A DNA stretch of 64,000 nucleotides from an uncultured Acidobacteriota bacterium (GCA_963827655.1 CAWHCF010000026.1:160001-224000), one strand, 5' to 3'; positions 1 through 10,157 are shown, counted from the first letter of the stretch. Numbers and translations: made by a program. Notes: generated by a model from the sequence alone, not told the origin.

Positions 1-491
1 TGATTCCGGGACTCGAGAAGGCAGAATTCCTGCGTTTTGGCCAGATTCATCGTAATACCTTTATCCAGTCACCCAGGCTTCTCGAGCCGACGCTGCAAGC
101 GAAGGCGCGGCCCGATTTGTTTTTTGCCGGTCAGATCTGCGGAGTCGAGGGATACGTCGAATCCATCGCTACCGGGCTGCTGGCGGCGATCAATGCCTGC
201 CGGCTGGCCGAAGGACGCGATCCAGTGGTGCCGCCGGCCGCCACGGCCTGCGGGAGCTTGTTGCGCTACATCGCGTTTGCAGATCCCGGTGGGTTCCAGC
301 CGGCGAATATCAGCTTCGGTTTGCTTCCTCCCGCCTCTGAAGAGCTGAAGCGAAGAATGCGGGATCGTAAGGAGCGACACCGGGTTCAGGTTGAGCAGGC
401 GCTCGAGGCGATGGAACTCTGGATCGATTCGCTCCACAACGGTGAAAGCGCCGGGAGGCAATGCTTCACAGGCACAAATTGCGTTTTATGA
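1..491 (+). CDS. trmFO: tRNA (uracil-5)-methyltransferase TrmFO/Gid, 3' part (5' truncated by window)
   Basis: Frame open from base 3: IPGLEKAEFLRFGQIHRNTFI...LFFAGQICGVEGYVES...FQPANISFGLLP, the conserved TrmFO C-terminus; trmFO-xerC adjacency is a common gene order. Confidence 0.93.
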   Translation, partial: IPGLEKAEFLRFGQIHRNTFIQSPRLLEPTLQAKARPDLFFAGQICGVEGYVESIATGLLAAINACRLAEGRDPVVPPAATACGSLLRYIAFADPGGFQPANISFGLLPPASEELKRRMRDRKERHRVQVEQALEAMELWIDSLHNGESAGRQCFTGTNCVL

Positions 492-576
492 GGGGCCAAA
501 GATCGGAGTTTTGCAACGCAATTTGGTGTTTCAGAATTCGTGGCTTTGTGTCCTCGTGGTATTGTTTGGGTTTCCT

Positions 577-1569
577 GTGAATAATTTGCGAGATTGGATC
601 GAAAAGTACCTGACCTACCTGCAATTCCAGAAGAATGCCTCGCCCCATACGGTTCGGAACTACCGCTCCGATCTCGAGCAGTTTTATCAATATCTTACGC
701 AAACGCCCGAAGGAAAACCCCGTCCGGAACCCGGCCTGGAGCAGATCGATAACCTGACCATACGCGAATTTCTTGGCGTCCTCTATAAGCACCAGAATCG
801 GAAGTCCTCGGTGGCGCGGAAGCTCGCCAGCCTCCGTTCGTTCATGAATTTCCTTTCGGCTCAACAGGCCGTCCAGACGAATCCCGCGAAAATCGTGGCT
901 TCCCCCCGCCTGGAAAAAAGATTGCCGGAATACTTGATGACCGATGCCGTTACGAGTCTGGTCGAGGCTCCGGAGACCTCGACCCCTCTCGGGAAGCGCG
1001 ATCGCGCGATTCTGGAGCTGCTCTACGCTGCGGGACTGCGCGTCAGCGAACTGGTGGGAATGGACGTTGGAGACATCGATCTGGGCGAAGGCCTGGTGAG
1101 GGTCCTGGGCAAGGGACGCAAGGAGCGGATGGTTCCCTTCGGCGACAAGGCGCGGGATGCGCTTGAAGATTATCTGGGGGCGCGACCGGAGCTGCTGAAA
1201 CGAATTCCCACGCTATCGGCGATCCCGGAGCGACACGAGGGCCGTCGGGTTACTCGACGAGGAACCTCGCCTCAGACGGAAGCAGACGCAGTCTTCCTGA
1301 ACGCTCGCGGAGGAAGGCTGACAACGCGAAGCGTGGCCAATATCATCGACCGGTATGTCGCCCGGCTCGCCCAGAGGATGAAAGTCCATCCCCACACGCT
1401 ACGCCACACCTTTGCCACCCACATGCTGAACGCGGGGGCGGATCTCCGCTCCATCCAGGAGTTGCTCGGACACGAGAGCCTGTCGACCACCCAGAGGTAC
1501 ACGCACGTCTCGACCGAGCAGCTGGTCCGCATCTACCAGGCCTGCCATCCGCGGGCCCGGAAGATCTGA
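577..1569 (+). CDS. xerC: Tyrosine recombinase XerC
   Basis: Catalytic R (GLRVSE), K (GKGRKER), HTLRH, LGH and TQRY; SAM-like N-domain (SPHTVRNYRSDL); start estimated at GTG 577 within ORF 391..1569. Confidence 0.9.
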   Translation: MNNLRDWIEKYLTYLQFQKNASPHTVRNYRSDLEQFYQYLTQTPEGKPRPEPGLEQIDNLTIREFLGVLYKHQNRKSSVARKLASLRSFMNFLSAQQAVQTNPAKIVASPRLEKRLPEYLMTDAVTSLVEAPETSTPLGKRDRAILELLYAAGLRVSELVGMDVGDIDLGEGLVRVLGKGRKERMVPFGDKARDALEDYLGARPELLKRIPTLSAIPERHEGRRVTRRGTSPQTEADAVFLNARGGRLTTRSVANIIDRYVARLAQRMKVHPHTLRHTFATHMLNAGADLRSIQELLGHESLSTTQRYTHVSTEQLVRIYQACHPRARKI

Positions 1570-1603
1570 CGGAGCCAGACCCCACTGCGAAGGAACTGGG
1601 ACG

Positions 1604-2149
1604 TTACCCCTTCCACTCATTGCGAAGCAACCCAAACCACACCTCATCTACGTACTCTTCGTGGACGATGCGATTCTGCCGGAGGATACCTTCCTTCGAC
1701 ATTCCCACTTTTTCTAAAACCTTCTGGGAGGCGACGTTCCTCAGATCCGTCATTGCACGAATGCGATTCAGGTCAGGATGTACGCGGAAGGCGGATTCGA
1801 CCACGGCTTGAGCCGCCTCGGAGGCAAAACCCTGTCTCCAGTAATGGCGCGCAATGCTGTAACCCATCTCAGCCAATCGATTCTCGAAATTGAACCGAAT
1901 GTTTATGCCGCCGATCGCCGAATTTTTGAAAACAATTGCCCAGCTTGGATGGACCGTTCGGTCCATCAGGATCTGGCCCGCAATGAATCTCTCTGCGTCT
2001 TTCCGGACGTATGGCCGAGGGAGTGGCAGGTAGCGACTCCATTCCTCGTCGGCAGCATACGAAAACACTGCGTCAACATCGCCCAAACTGTATGGCCGCA
2101 GAACGAGACGTGCGGTGTTGATGATATCCGGCAAGGGGACTCTTTCCAT
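1604..2149 (-). CDS. GNAT (RimJ/RimL-type) N-acetyltransferase
   Basis: INTARLVLRP, EMGYSIARHYWRQGFASEAA, NVASQKVLEKVGM-EG motifs; start at ATG 2149 (MERVPLP). Confidence 0.88.
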   Translation of the reverse strand: MERVPLPDIINTARLVLRPYSLGDVDAVFSYAADEEWSRYLPLPRPYVRKDAERFIAGQILMDRTVHPSWAIVFKNSAIGGINIRFNFENRLAEMGYSIARHYWRQGFASEAAQAVVESAFRVHPDLNRIRAMTDLRNVASQKVLEKVGMSKEGILRQNRIVHEEYVDEVWFGLLRNEWKG

Positions 2150-2160
2150 TGGCGCTGTCC

Positions 2161-2289
2161 GTCGAATAGTCGCAGTCTGCGGCAGACGGCAGCGACCGCA
2201 GTCATGCTGACGATTCGGCAAGTGACACAGATCAGCCCCTGCCTCTGCGACGAGGTCGAACTGCAGCCGCGCGCTGCGAGAGGTTAGAC
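2161..2289 (-). other. Degenerate attC-like site between brnA and the GNAT gene
   Basis: Minus strand begins GTCTAAC (RYYYAAC), contains GCTGCAG and CCGCAG arms and ends ATTCGAC 11 nt before the GNAT ATG; imperfect match to consensus. Confidence 0.3.
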
Positions 2290-2567
2290 CCTCGGCTGAT
2301 GCCGTATGGAGCGAGCTCCTCCCGGACCACCTGACGCACGAGGTCGAGGGTCGAACGCCGGTGGATGTGTTCAAGCAAAGCGTCGTTGATGAGCGTTTGG
2401 TAGTTCCCTCCACCGGCCATATCCACGAGACCCCGGAAGTACTCCAGTATCGCGTTATCCAGCCGAATAGAGATCTTTGTCTTGCCCGGTTCACCTTTTA
2501 CAATAGAACCGCGACTCGCGCGCGAGAAATCGATGTCGCGGTACTTCTCAGCTACGACCTTTTTCAT
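2232..2567 (-). CDS. brnA: BrnA antitoxin family protein
   Basis: DIDFSRASRG...KTKISIRLDNAILEYFR...NYQTLINDAL; overlaps 3' end of brnT. Confidence 0.85.
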   Translation of the reverse strand: MKKVVAEKYRDIDFSRASRGSIVKGEPGKTKISIRLDNAILEYFRGLVDMAGGGNYQTLINDALLEHIHRRSTLDLVRQVVREELAPYGISRGSNLSQRAAAVRPRRRGRG

Positions 2568-2826
2568 AAACGACCTTCTGGCGTTTGTTCGCCTTCCAAC
2601 CTGAGATCACACGGATGATATCCGGTTCGCGGTATGTATAGACCAGAACCAGCAGATTACCAAGATTGCTGAGACCTAGCGTCACGAAGCGTTCCTCGTC
2701 GACGGCGTCGGGATCTTCACGAGTCAGAGCGAAATCGTCCTCCAAGACCGTGACCGCTTCTGCGAAACTGACCCGATGGGTGCGTAGATTCGCCACCGCT
2801 TTGCGTGGATCCCATTCGAACCGCAC
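2548..2826 (-). CDS. brnT: BrnT family toxin
   Basis: MRFEWDPRKAVANLRTHRVSFAEA...EERFVTLG...IRVISGWKA. Confidence 0.9.
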   Translation of the reverse strand: MRFEWDPRKAVANLRTHRVSFAEAVTVLEDDFALTREDPDAVDEERFVTLGLSNLGNLLVLVYTYREPDIIRVISGWKANKRQKVVYEKGRS

Positions 2827-2890
2827 CTCGATAGTGTATAGACAATTGTCTTACGGGGCAAGTTTGCGATAGCTGGCGCGTTCTTGGAAC

Positions 2891-2929
2891 AAATACCACA
2901 AAGACACGAAGACACGGAGAAACACCAAG
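2891..2929 (+). repeat. 9-bp-period intergenic repeat (ACCAC.AAG-ACACGAAG family)
   Basis: AAATACCACAAAGACACGAAGACACGGAGAAACACCAAG; related copies across the window. Confidence 0.75.
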
Positions 2930-2932
2930 CCT

Positions 2933-4297
2933 TTACCGGACAGCTTTCTTCCTCTTGCCCGCCGCATATGTGACCATGCCCAGGACGAGCGGCAACAAAC
3001 TGAGCCCGGCTATTTTCAAGACCGCGAGCGCTTTGTTGACTTCCTGCTCGGAGGGAACCATCGCCAGTACGATCGAGACCGCAGTGGTCGCAAATCCCAC
3101 CGCGGCCACCGCCACGGCGACGGTCGCGCCTCCCGGAACGCGCAGTATCTCGGCACCCGCCGGCTCGCTCTGAAGCTTGATCATCGCGGCAAACATGAAC
3201 AGGAAGGGAATGAAATACGAAATGACGCTCGCGCTCACCAGGATGTCGTAGGCCCCCTTGACGGTGGTGCCGGCCTGCCCCAGGACAATGAAGACGGCCG
3301 CAATCACCGCCTGGGTGATCAATGCCACGTGGGGCGTATTCCAGCGCGGATGAAGTCGCCCGAAAGCGGAAGGAAGAAAGCGATCGATGCCGGCCACGAA
3401 TGGGAGACGGGCGGTTGCAGCGAACCAGGCGCCCACGGCTCCCAAATTACTGACTGTGAGGAGAAGGGCCGCGAGGGGACCCAGCTGAAAGCCGACCCGC
3501 GCTCCGGTTCCTGTGATGGCCTGCGTAATTCCCTGAAGACCGCTGACCTCATTTTGAGGCAGCGCAAGAAGAGTCGAAAGAGTGCCGAGGATATACAGAC
3601 CGGCAATGATGATTCCGGCAAGGACTATGGCGCGTGGAATGACGCGGCGAGCATTTTCGATCTCGGCGGACATGGTCGAAGCGGCCTCCAGCCCGCCGAA
3701 AGCAAAGGCAATCGTAGACCAGAAGATCACGTCTTGGAGCCGGGTGCTCGGAATCAGATTGGCGACGTCGAACTCGGTTGCCGGTCCGAATCGGATCCCG
3801 GCGACTATTCCCATCACGATAAGGATAGCGAGCGGGATCCAGGTGGCGAAGGCGCCGATGTTATGGAGCCACTTGCCTATATCAAGACCGATGATATTGA
3901 GCGCAGCCGCAAGAAGGAGCCCCAGGAGCGAGAAGCCGATGTAGTAGGACCCGGAATGAGAAAGGGACTGCCAGCGATCCGCATCGATGAAGAGCGCGCT
4001 GCCGGCGGCGAAATAAAGCACGGCGGGGAAATAAGGGAGGTTGCTGGTCCAGTAGCTCCAGCCGGTGATGAAGCCGGCGAAATCCCCGAAGGCGCGTTTG
4101 CTCCAGACGTAAACACCCCCTTCTTCCGGGTAGCGTGACGAAAGCTCGATCACGCAAAACGCCAGGGGAATGAAGAGCGCGATCAGTGCAATGGCCCAGA
4201 TCACCAGGGCGCTGGGTCCTACCGCCGCGGCGGTGGCGATCCAGCGAGGTGAGAGGACCGCTGCAACGTAGAAGAGCACGACGTCCCTGAACCCCAT
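2933..4297 (-). CDS. APC family amino acid permease
   Basis: About 12 hydrophobic segments; ELSSRYPEEGGVYVW, FAFGGLE, FGRLHPRWNTP motifs. Confidence 0.9.
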   Translation of the reverse strand: MGFRDVVLFYVAAVLSPRWIATAAAVGPSALVIWAIALIALFIPLAFCVIELSSRYPEEGGVYVWSKRAFGDFAGFITGWSYWTSNLPYFPAVLYFAAGSALFIDADRWQSLSHSGSYYIGFSLLGLLLAAALNIIGLDIGKWLHNIGAFATWIPLAILIVMGIVAGIRFGPATEFDVANLIPSTRLQDVIFWSTIAFAFGGLEAASTMSAEIENARRVIPRAIVLAGIIIAGLYILGTLSTLLALPQNEVSGLQGITQAITGTGARVGFQLGPLAALLLTVSNLGAVGAWFAATARLPFVAGIDRFLPSAFGRLHPRWNTPHVALITQAVIAAVFIVLGQAGTTVKGAYDILVSASVISYFIPFLFMFAAMIKLQSEPAGAEILRVPGGATVAVAVAAVGFATTAVSIVLAMVPSEQEVNKALAVLKIAGLSLLPLVLGMVTYAAGKRKKAVR

Positions 4298-4672
4298 CGT
4301 GCGGCGCAGCCGTCCCTCATTTGCTTCATTTTCAAATTCCTACCTTCGGAGTCTGACTGGATTGCTTTCGACTGCCCGATCGATCGTGGATTGTGGCAAA
4401 GCGTCCCGGGTGTTTAGGTGCTTAGTGAAACGTTCAAACCAACATGTTGTCGTTCACAAGGGCCTTCGTTCGTGCGAAGTGCCGAACGAACCTTAGTGTC
4501 TTCGAGTCTCCGTGGTGAATGCAGGATAACAGTCTGAATTGAAACTCGCAAAGCAAGCTTCGCCCTGTGGATGTGCAAGCTTGCTGCCGCGCCAGATCGG
4601 GCTGAGATCCACAAATCCCGAGTATCTCCCGTCGGGAAGCTTGATTTCAGTGTATATACAGGCGTATAGTCA

Positions 4673-4950
4673 ATGGTGCGCTTCGAGTGGACCACGCTGA
4701 AGAGCGAAGCGAACCTGCGCAGCGAGGATTCGATTTCGAGTTTGCGACCCTCATCTTTGATGGTCCGCCGTTCGAGGTGGAGGATCGCCGGAAGGACTAC
4801 GGCGAGCGCGGATGGTGGCAATTGGCATCGCCGACCGAATTCATCTGACGATCGTCTACACGGACCGGCAGAGCATCTATGGATGAAAGTCCGGGGAATC
4901 ATTTCAGCACACAGGAGCAATCGTCGTGAAGAGAGCGGTCTAGCAAAAAG
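4673..4950 (+). pseudogene. brnT: Decayed BrnT family toxin
   Basis: MVRFEWTTLKSEANLR / RGFDFEFATLIFDG..EDRRKDYGER / MVAIG..LTIVYTDR / IISAHRSNRRE spread across different frames; end approximate. Confidence 0.7.
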
Positions 4951-5251
4951 CGATCAAGGAAGCCGAAGCGCGCGAGCCGGGGTCGGGCTGACCTGGCGCG
5001 ACTTAGCGGGATGACGGAAGCAGAAACCCGGCGAACGGCGCCGCCGGAGCTGACCCACTTGCCAGCAGGATTTCTGGGACGAGGGCGCGCTCGTAATGCC
5101 GGCCGCGAAGCAGGCCATTTCACTGCGGGTCGACGAGGACGTGCTGGACTGGTTCAAGCGGACGGGTCCGAGGTATCAGACGCGCATGAATGCAGTCCTC
5201 CGGTCATACATGGCTCGGATGCGGAAGCCTGGGCGCCCTCCCGAGCGATAG
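4950..5251 (+). pseudogene. brnA: Frameshifted BrnA family antitoxin
   Basis: GRADLARLSGMTEAE...PELTHLP, then after a shift near 5070 FWDEGALVMPAAKQAISLRVDEDVLDWFKRTGPRYQTRMNAVLRSYM; start approximate. Confidence 0.72.
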
Positions 5252-5419
5252 CTCCATCGGGGAAGCGCGGCAGCGGCCGCAACAGCGAAACATGATTATG
5301 GTGGGTATATAGCTGCGAGTTCACGGGATTCAGGGTATTCGCCCGGAGGCCATATCTCTTTCCTTTTTGATGCGGTAGAATCCGCAGGCACCTGACTTCC
5401 GGAGGCAGTGAGAGCGCGC

Positions 5420-5518
5420 CCCGAATGAAACGCTGAAGCCGTCGGCAGCAGCCCCATCGGTTGCCGCGTGAGTTGAATGTCCCTGAAGGTCGCCGCAGCA
5501 GTAGCTTTATCGTTAGCT
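5420..5518 (+). other. Degenerate attC-like site
   Basis: CCCGAAT-GAAAC-GCTGAAGCCG ... CGCCGCAGCAGTAGC-TTTATC-GTTAGCT, followed 44 nt later by an ORF start. Confidence 0.35.
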
Positions 5519-5562
5519 GCGCGTTGGTGACTCCTGTAGAAATATTCGCGGGAGCCTGAGAG

Positions 5563-5820
5563 ATGATTCGGACAATCGAAGCTGTCATCGATTCGAAGGG
5601 CAATGTGCGTCTTCTCGAGGAAGTCCAGCTTCCAGGGCCGCGCCGAGCGCTCGTTACGATTCTGCAGGACGCACCACGTGCGCACGAAACGGCGTTGCTT
5701 AGCGAGCCGGTACTCGCTGCCGACTGGAATCGACCCGAGGAGGATGCAGGCGTGGTCGATTCGTACAAGTACGGCGCGGTAGCTCGAGCCATTCCCGTTG
5801 GCGGATCTATCGGAGTCTAA
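5563..5820 (+). CDS. Small putative antitoxin (3' end probably frameshifted)
   Basis: MIRTIEAVIDSKGNVRLLEEVQLPGPRRALVTIL...ETALLSEPVLAADWNRPEEDA, a type usually found upstream of MazF/PemK toxins. Confidence 0.6.
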   Translation: MIRTIEAVIDSKGNVRLLEEVQLPGPRRALVTILQDAPRAHETALLSEPVLAADWNRPEEDAGVVDSYKYGAVARAIPVGGSIGV

Positions 5821-6074
5821 TGTGCGGCCAGCCGTTGGTGTTGGCGGCCGCGGGACGCGGGGACTGGATTCTACGCCAGGTTACGAGCTGGCCAATGGCA
5901 CCCGCGCGCTGCGGCTTGGGGGGCGCAGACACGATGATCCCTTGATGAGAGCTGGAGATGTGTCCACTGTTCACTGCGCGCCTGGAACTCATGATGGTCC
6001 TAGTCGCCGATCTGCAGCCCGAATCGCTCGGCCGGGTTGTCGAGGCAGTGGTCGCGATTCTCCGGAGGCAGTGA
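5750..6074 (+). pseudogene. Decayed MazF/PemK-like toxin
   Basis: Fragments PFPLADLSESNVRPAV, VLAAAGRGDWILRQVTS, LFTA, VADLQPESLGRVVEAVVAILRRQ* in different frames. Confidence 0.65.
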
Positions 6075-6288
6075 TACCACTGCGATCAAAAGATGTAAAC
6101 CGTTCGGACGGTTAACGTGCTAAGCGCGAGCTCCAAATCGTTCGGCCATTCAGCGCCTGCGTTCCCACGGTTGCCGAAGCGCCCGAAATCGCCGCTGGCC
6201 GTGCCCGTCCATATTAACCCCGAAGACGGCGTGAGGCACCACAAGTTACCCTTGCCAGGGCCCAGCGCGAGGTGCTACAAGTCAACCG

Positions 6289-9200
6289 ATGGACCTGTCT
6301 CGAAGAGGCTTCCTTCAAGCCGCGTTGTCCGGCGCGTCTCTCACGACCGCATTGGGCTTTGATGCCCGTCCGGCGCTGGCGCAGGCGCGCGAGCTGAAGA
6401 TCTCGCGCACCACTCAGACCCATAGCATCTGCCCTTATTGCGCCGTTGCCTGCAGCGTAATCATTCATACTCTGGGCGACAAAGCCCGCAACGTTACGCC
6501 CACCGTGGTGCACGTAGAGGGCGATCCGGATAGCCCGATCAACCGCGGCACGCTCTGTCCCAAGGGGATTACCCTCCGGCAATTCGTTGTGAATGACCGG
6601 CGTCTCACGCGCCCCCTGTACCGGGCGCCAGGCTCAGCCGAGTGGCGGGCGATTTCCTGGGACGAGGCGCTTGAACGGATGGCGCGCCTGATCAAGAAAG
6701 CGCGAGACGCCGGCTTCGAGGAGAAAGACTCGCAGGGACGGCTGGTCAACCGCCTCACGAACGTCGCGATCATCGGCGGATGCACCGACACCAATGAGAT
6801 CAACTATCTGCTCGGCAAATTCCGCTTCGGCCTGGGAATCGTGGCTTACGAAAACCAGGCCCGGCTTTGACACGGCCCCACGGTGGCCAGTCTGGCCGCC
6901 ACCTTCGGACGCGGTGCCATGACCAATGGCTGGACCGACGTGGCCAATGCGGACGTGATTCTGGTAATGGGGGGCAATCCGGCCGAGAATCATCCCGTCG
7001 GCTTCCGTTACGCCATAGAGGCGAAACGCGCCCGGAAGGCCAGGCTGGTTACCATCGACCCTCGCTTTAACCGCACCGCCGCCGTCTCCGATTGCTATGT
7101 CCCGATACGCGCGGGGACCGACATTGCCTTTCTCGGCGGGCTGATCAACTACGTTCTGGCGCACAACCTCTACCAGGAAGACTATGTCAAGCTGCACACG
7201 AATGCCTCTTTTCTGATTCAGGAGAGTTTCTCGTTCAAAGACGGTCTCTTTTCCGGCTGGGACGACGAGAAGAAGAGTTATGACAAGTCGAGCTGGGGTT
7301 ACCAGCTCGACGCCGCGGGCTACGCCAAGGTCGATCCGGCGCTCGAGAATCCTCGTTCGGTCTTCCAGCTCATGAAGCATCACTACGCGCGTTATACCCC
7401 CGAGATGGTAGCCAGGATCTGCGGCTGTTCGGTCGAGGAATTCCAGAAAGCAGCCGCGATAATTTGCTCTACCGGCAGGCCGGACCGGCAGGGGACGATC
7501 CTGTATGCTCTCGGGTGGACGCAGCACAGCCACTCCGTGCAGCTGATCCACACGGCGGCCATGCTCCAGCTTCTTCTGGGGAACATCGGAGTGCCGGGGG
7601 GCGGCGTCAATGCCCAGCGTGGTCACTCCAATATTCAAGGGGCGACCGACATGGGAGCGTGGAATATGCTTCCCGGTTACCTGCGCGTCCCGCGCGCGCA
7701 CCAGGTGTCGCTCAACAAATACCTGGAGGAGAACACGCCCAGGCCGCTGCGCCCGAACTCGATGAATTACGGGGCAAACACGCCCAAGTTCATGACCAGT
7801 CTGCTCAAAGCCTATTATGGCGAGGCCGCGAGCCGGCAGAACGGCTTCGGCTATGACTACGTGCCGAAGCTGGGCGAGGCGGACAATTACTCCTGGGGTT
7901 ACATCTTCGACCGCATGTATGCCGGCCAGGTTGAGGGAATGATCTCGTTCGGCATGAACCCGGTCGCGAACGGCCCGAACACGCCCAAGATGCTCGCCGC
8001 GCTTGCCAAATTGAAGTGGCTCATCGTCGCCGAGTGTTTCGAGACCGAAACCGCCGCCTTCTGGAAGGCGCGCCAGCTGGCCGAAAAGTATTATGCTTCC
8101 GCCCCGGATGCCTCGGCGGTCAACACCGAGGTCTTCTTGCTTCCTGCGGCCTGCTTCGCGGAAAAAGACGGTTCGTTCGTCAATTCGTCACGCTGGGTGC
8201 AGTGGAAGTATGCCGCCCTCGATCCGCCGGGACAGGCCCTGCGGGATCAGGATCTCATTGCGCGCCTGTTCTTGAAGATTCGCCAGCTCTACCAGGAGGA
8301 AGGAGGGACGTCGCCCGGACCGCTGTTGAGCATGGCCTGGAACTGGCAGAATCCTGCATCACCCGAGCTAGCGGAGGTGGCACGAGAGATTAACGGCCGC
8401 GACGCGGCCGGCCAGCAGGTGCCGGGGTTCGGCGCCCTCAAGGACGACGGCTCGACCGCCTGCGGCAACTGGCTCTACGCCGGCTCATTCACCGAGGCCG
8501 GCAACATGATGGCCCGGCGAGGGCAGGAAGACCCCACCGGGCTGGGACTGTACCCGAACTGGGCGTGGAACTGGCCGGCCAACCGGCGCATTCTCTACAA
8601 TCGCGCCTCGGCCGATGCGGCCGGTAAACCCTGGGATCCCAGCCGCGCTCTCCTGCGCTGGAACGGAGCAAACTGGACGGGCGATGTCCCGGACTACAAG
8701 GCCGACGCGAGTCCGGATGCGTTCGGCGCTTTCATCATGTTGCCCGAAGGTGTAGCCAAGCTCTATGCCGCCGATTTCGTCGAGGGCCCTTTTCCGGAAC
8801 ATTACGAACCGGTCGAGTCGCCGGTGGAGAACGCGCTTCATCCTGGAGTCGGCTCTAATCCCCTCGCCAAGATCTTCCGCAGCGACCTCGACCCGCTCGG
8901 CTCCTCGAAGGAATTTCCCTACGTCGGGACCACCTATCGTCTGACCGAACATTTTCACTACTGGACCAAGCACATAGCGGCCAACAACCAGTTGCAGCCG
9001 CATTTCTTCGTCGAGATTCCCGAGGCGCTGGCCCGGGAGAAACAAATCCAGAGTGGCGACACGGTGCGGGTCCGTTCGGCGCGCGGGTCGGTTGAAGGCA
9101 AGGCCATGGTGACGCGCCGCATGCGCGGTCTTCGCGTAGGGGACAAGGTCGTCTACCAGATCGGACTGCCGATCCACTGGGGCTTTGTCGGACGCGTCAC

Positions 9201-9297
9201 CGGCCCCCTGGTCAACAATCTCAGCCCCTCGGTACTCGATCCCAATTCGGGAACTCCCGAGTACAAGGGATTCCTGGTAAACATCGAGAAGATATGA
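6289..9297 (+). CDS. fdnG: Formate dehydrogenase-N alpha subunit, selenocysteine-containing (UGA 6868-6870)
   Basis: Tat signal SRRGFL; CPYCAVAC..C [4Fe-4S] motif; ENQARL-UGA-HGPTVASLAATFGRGAMTN joins ORFs 6289..6870 and 6883..9297 in one frame; RGHSNIQG; TTYRLTEHFHYWTK. Confidence 0.95.
6882..6900 (+). promoter_or_regulatory. SECIS hairpin of fdnG
   Basis: GGTGGCC-AGTCT-GGCCGCC stem-loop starting 11 nt after the UGA. Confidence 0.8.
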
Positions 9298-10157
9298 CCT
9301 CGACTTCCCTGAAGGCGATCTCGGCCACACCGGGCGGTTCCTCCGGCGCATCCGGGCAGGGTACAACGGTTGCCAAGCTGATCGACACCACCACCTGCAT
9401 CGGCTGCAAGGCCTGCGAGGTTGCCTGCCAGGAATGGAACAATCAGCAGTTCACGATCGGGACCTTCGAAGGAACCTATCAGACGCTCCCGGACCTGACC
9501 CACAGTTTCTGGAATCTGATCAAGTTCAACGAGACGGAGCAGAACGAGCAGCCGGTCTGGCTCATGGCCAAATACCAGTGCATGCACTGCGTCGATCCGG
9601 GATGTCTGCGGGCTTGCCCCGCGCCCGGGGCCATCGTCCAGAATGTCAACGGAATCGTCGATTTCAACCAGGACCAGTGCATCGGCTGCGGCTACTGCAT
9701 GACCGGTTGTCCATTCGATGTGCCCAAGCTCAATCCGATTACGAAGAAGGTTCACAAGTGCACGCTGTGCACCGACCGCGTCTCCGTGGGGTTGGAACCC
9801 GCCTGCATCAAAGCGTGTCCGACCGGGTGCCTCAGTTTCGGGACGCGCGAGGATCTGCTGCTCAAAGCCGAGGAGCGCGTTGTGGCTTTGAAGGAAGATG
9901 GACGTAGCAGCGCGGGTATCTACAATCCGGATGGGGTCGGCGGCACGCACGTCCTCTATGTCCTGGCCCAGGCCGATCACCCCGAGCAGTACGGTCTTCC
10001 GAGAGATCCGCAGATTCCGTGGACGGTCTCGCTCTGGAAAGGGCCTGTGAAGTGGCTGGGGAACGCCCTGTTGCTGGGCGGCATTTTCGGCACGATCCTG
10101 CACTACCTGCGCTATGGCCCGCAGCAGACCCGGGAGATCCAGGATGATGCCGAGTGA
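9294..10157 (+). CDS. fdnH: Formate dehydrogenase iron-sulfur (beta) subunit
   Basis: CIGCKACEVAC, CMHCVDPGC, CIGCGYCMTGCP, KCTLC..PACIKACP; C-terminal membrane anchor. Confidence 0.95.
   Translation: MTSTSLKAISATPGGSSGASGQGTTVAKLIDTTTCIGCKACEVACQEWNNQQFTIGTFEGTYQTLPDLTHSFWNLIKFNETEQNEQPVWLMAKYQCMHCVDPGCLRACPAPGAIVQNVNGIVDFNQDQCIGCGYCMTGCPFDVPKLNPITKKVHKCTLCTDRVSVGLEPACIKACPTGCLSFGTREDLLLKAEERVVALKEDGRSSAGIYNPDGVGGTHVLYVLAQADHPEQYGLPRDPQIPWTVSLWKGPVKWLGNALLLGGIFGTILHYLRYGPQQTREIQDDAE

Noticed and set aside
577-1569. Integron integrase or phage integrase
   Set aside because: Typical XerC motifs and trmFO linkage; no IntI signature, attI or phage genes
4884-4886. TGA inside the brnT remnant as selenocysteine
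   Set aside because: Lies in a multiply frameshifted pseudogene; no Cys expected and no SECIS-like hairpin
6120-6288. Moco/tungsten riboswitch upstream of fdnG
   Set aside because: No recognisable consensus; an Rfam scan would be needed
6289-9297. fdnG as a nonsense pseudogene or two genes
   Set aside because: The UGA is at the known Sec position with a SECIS
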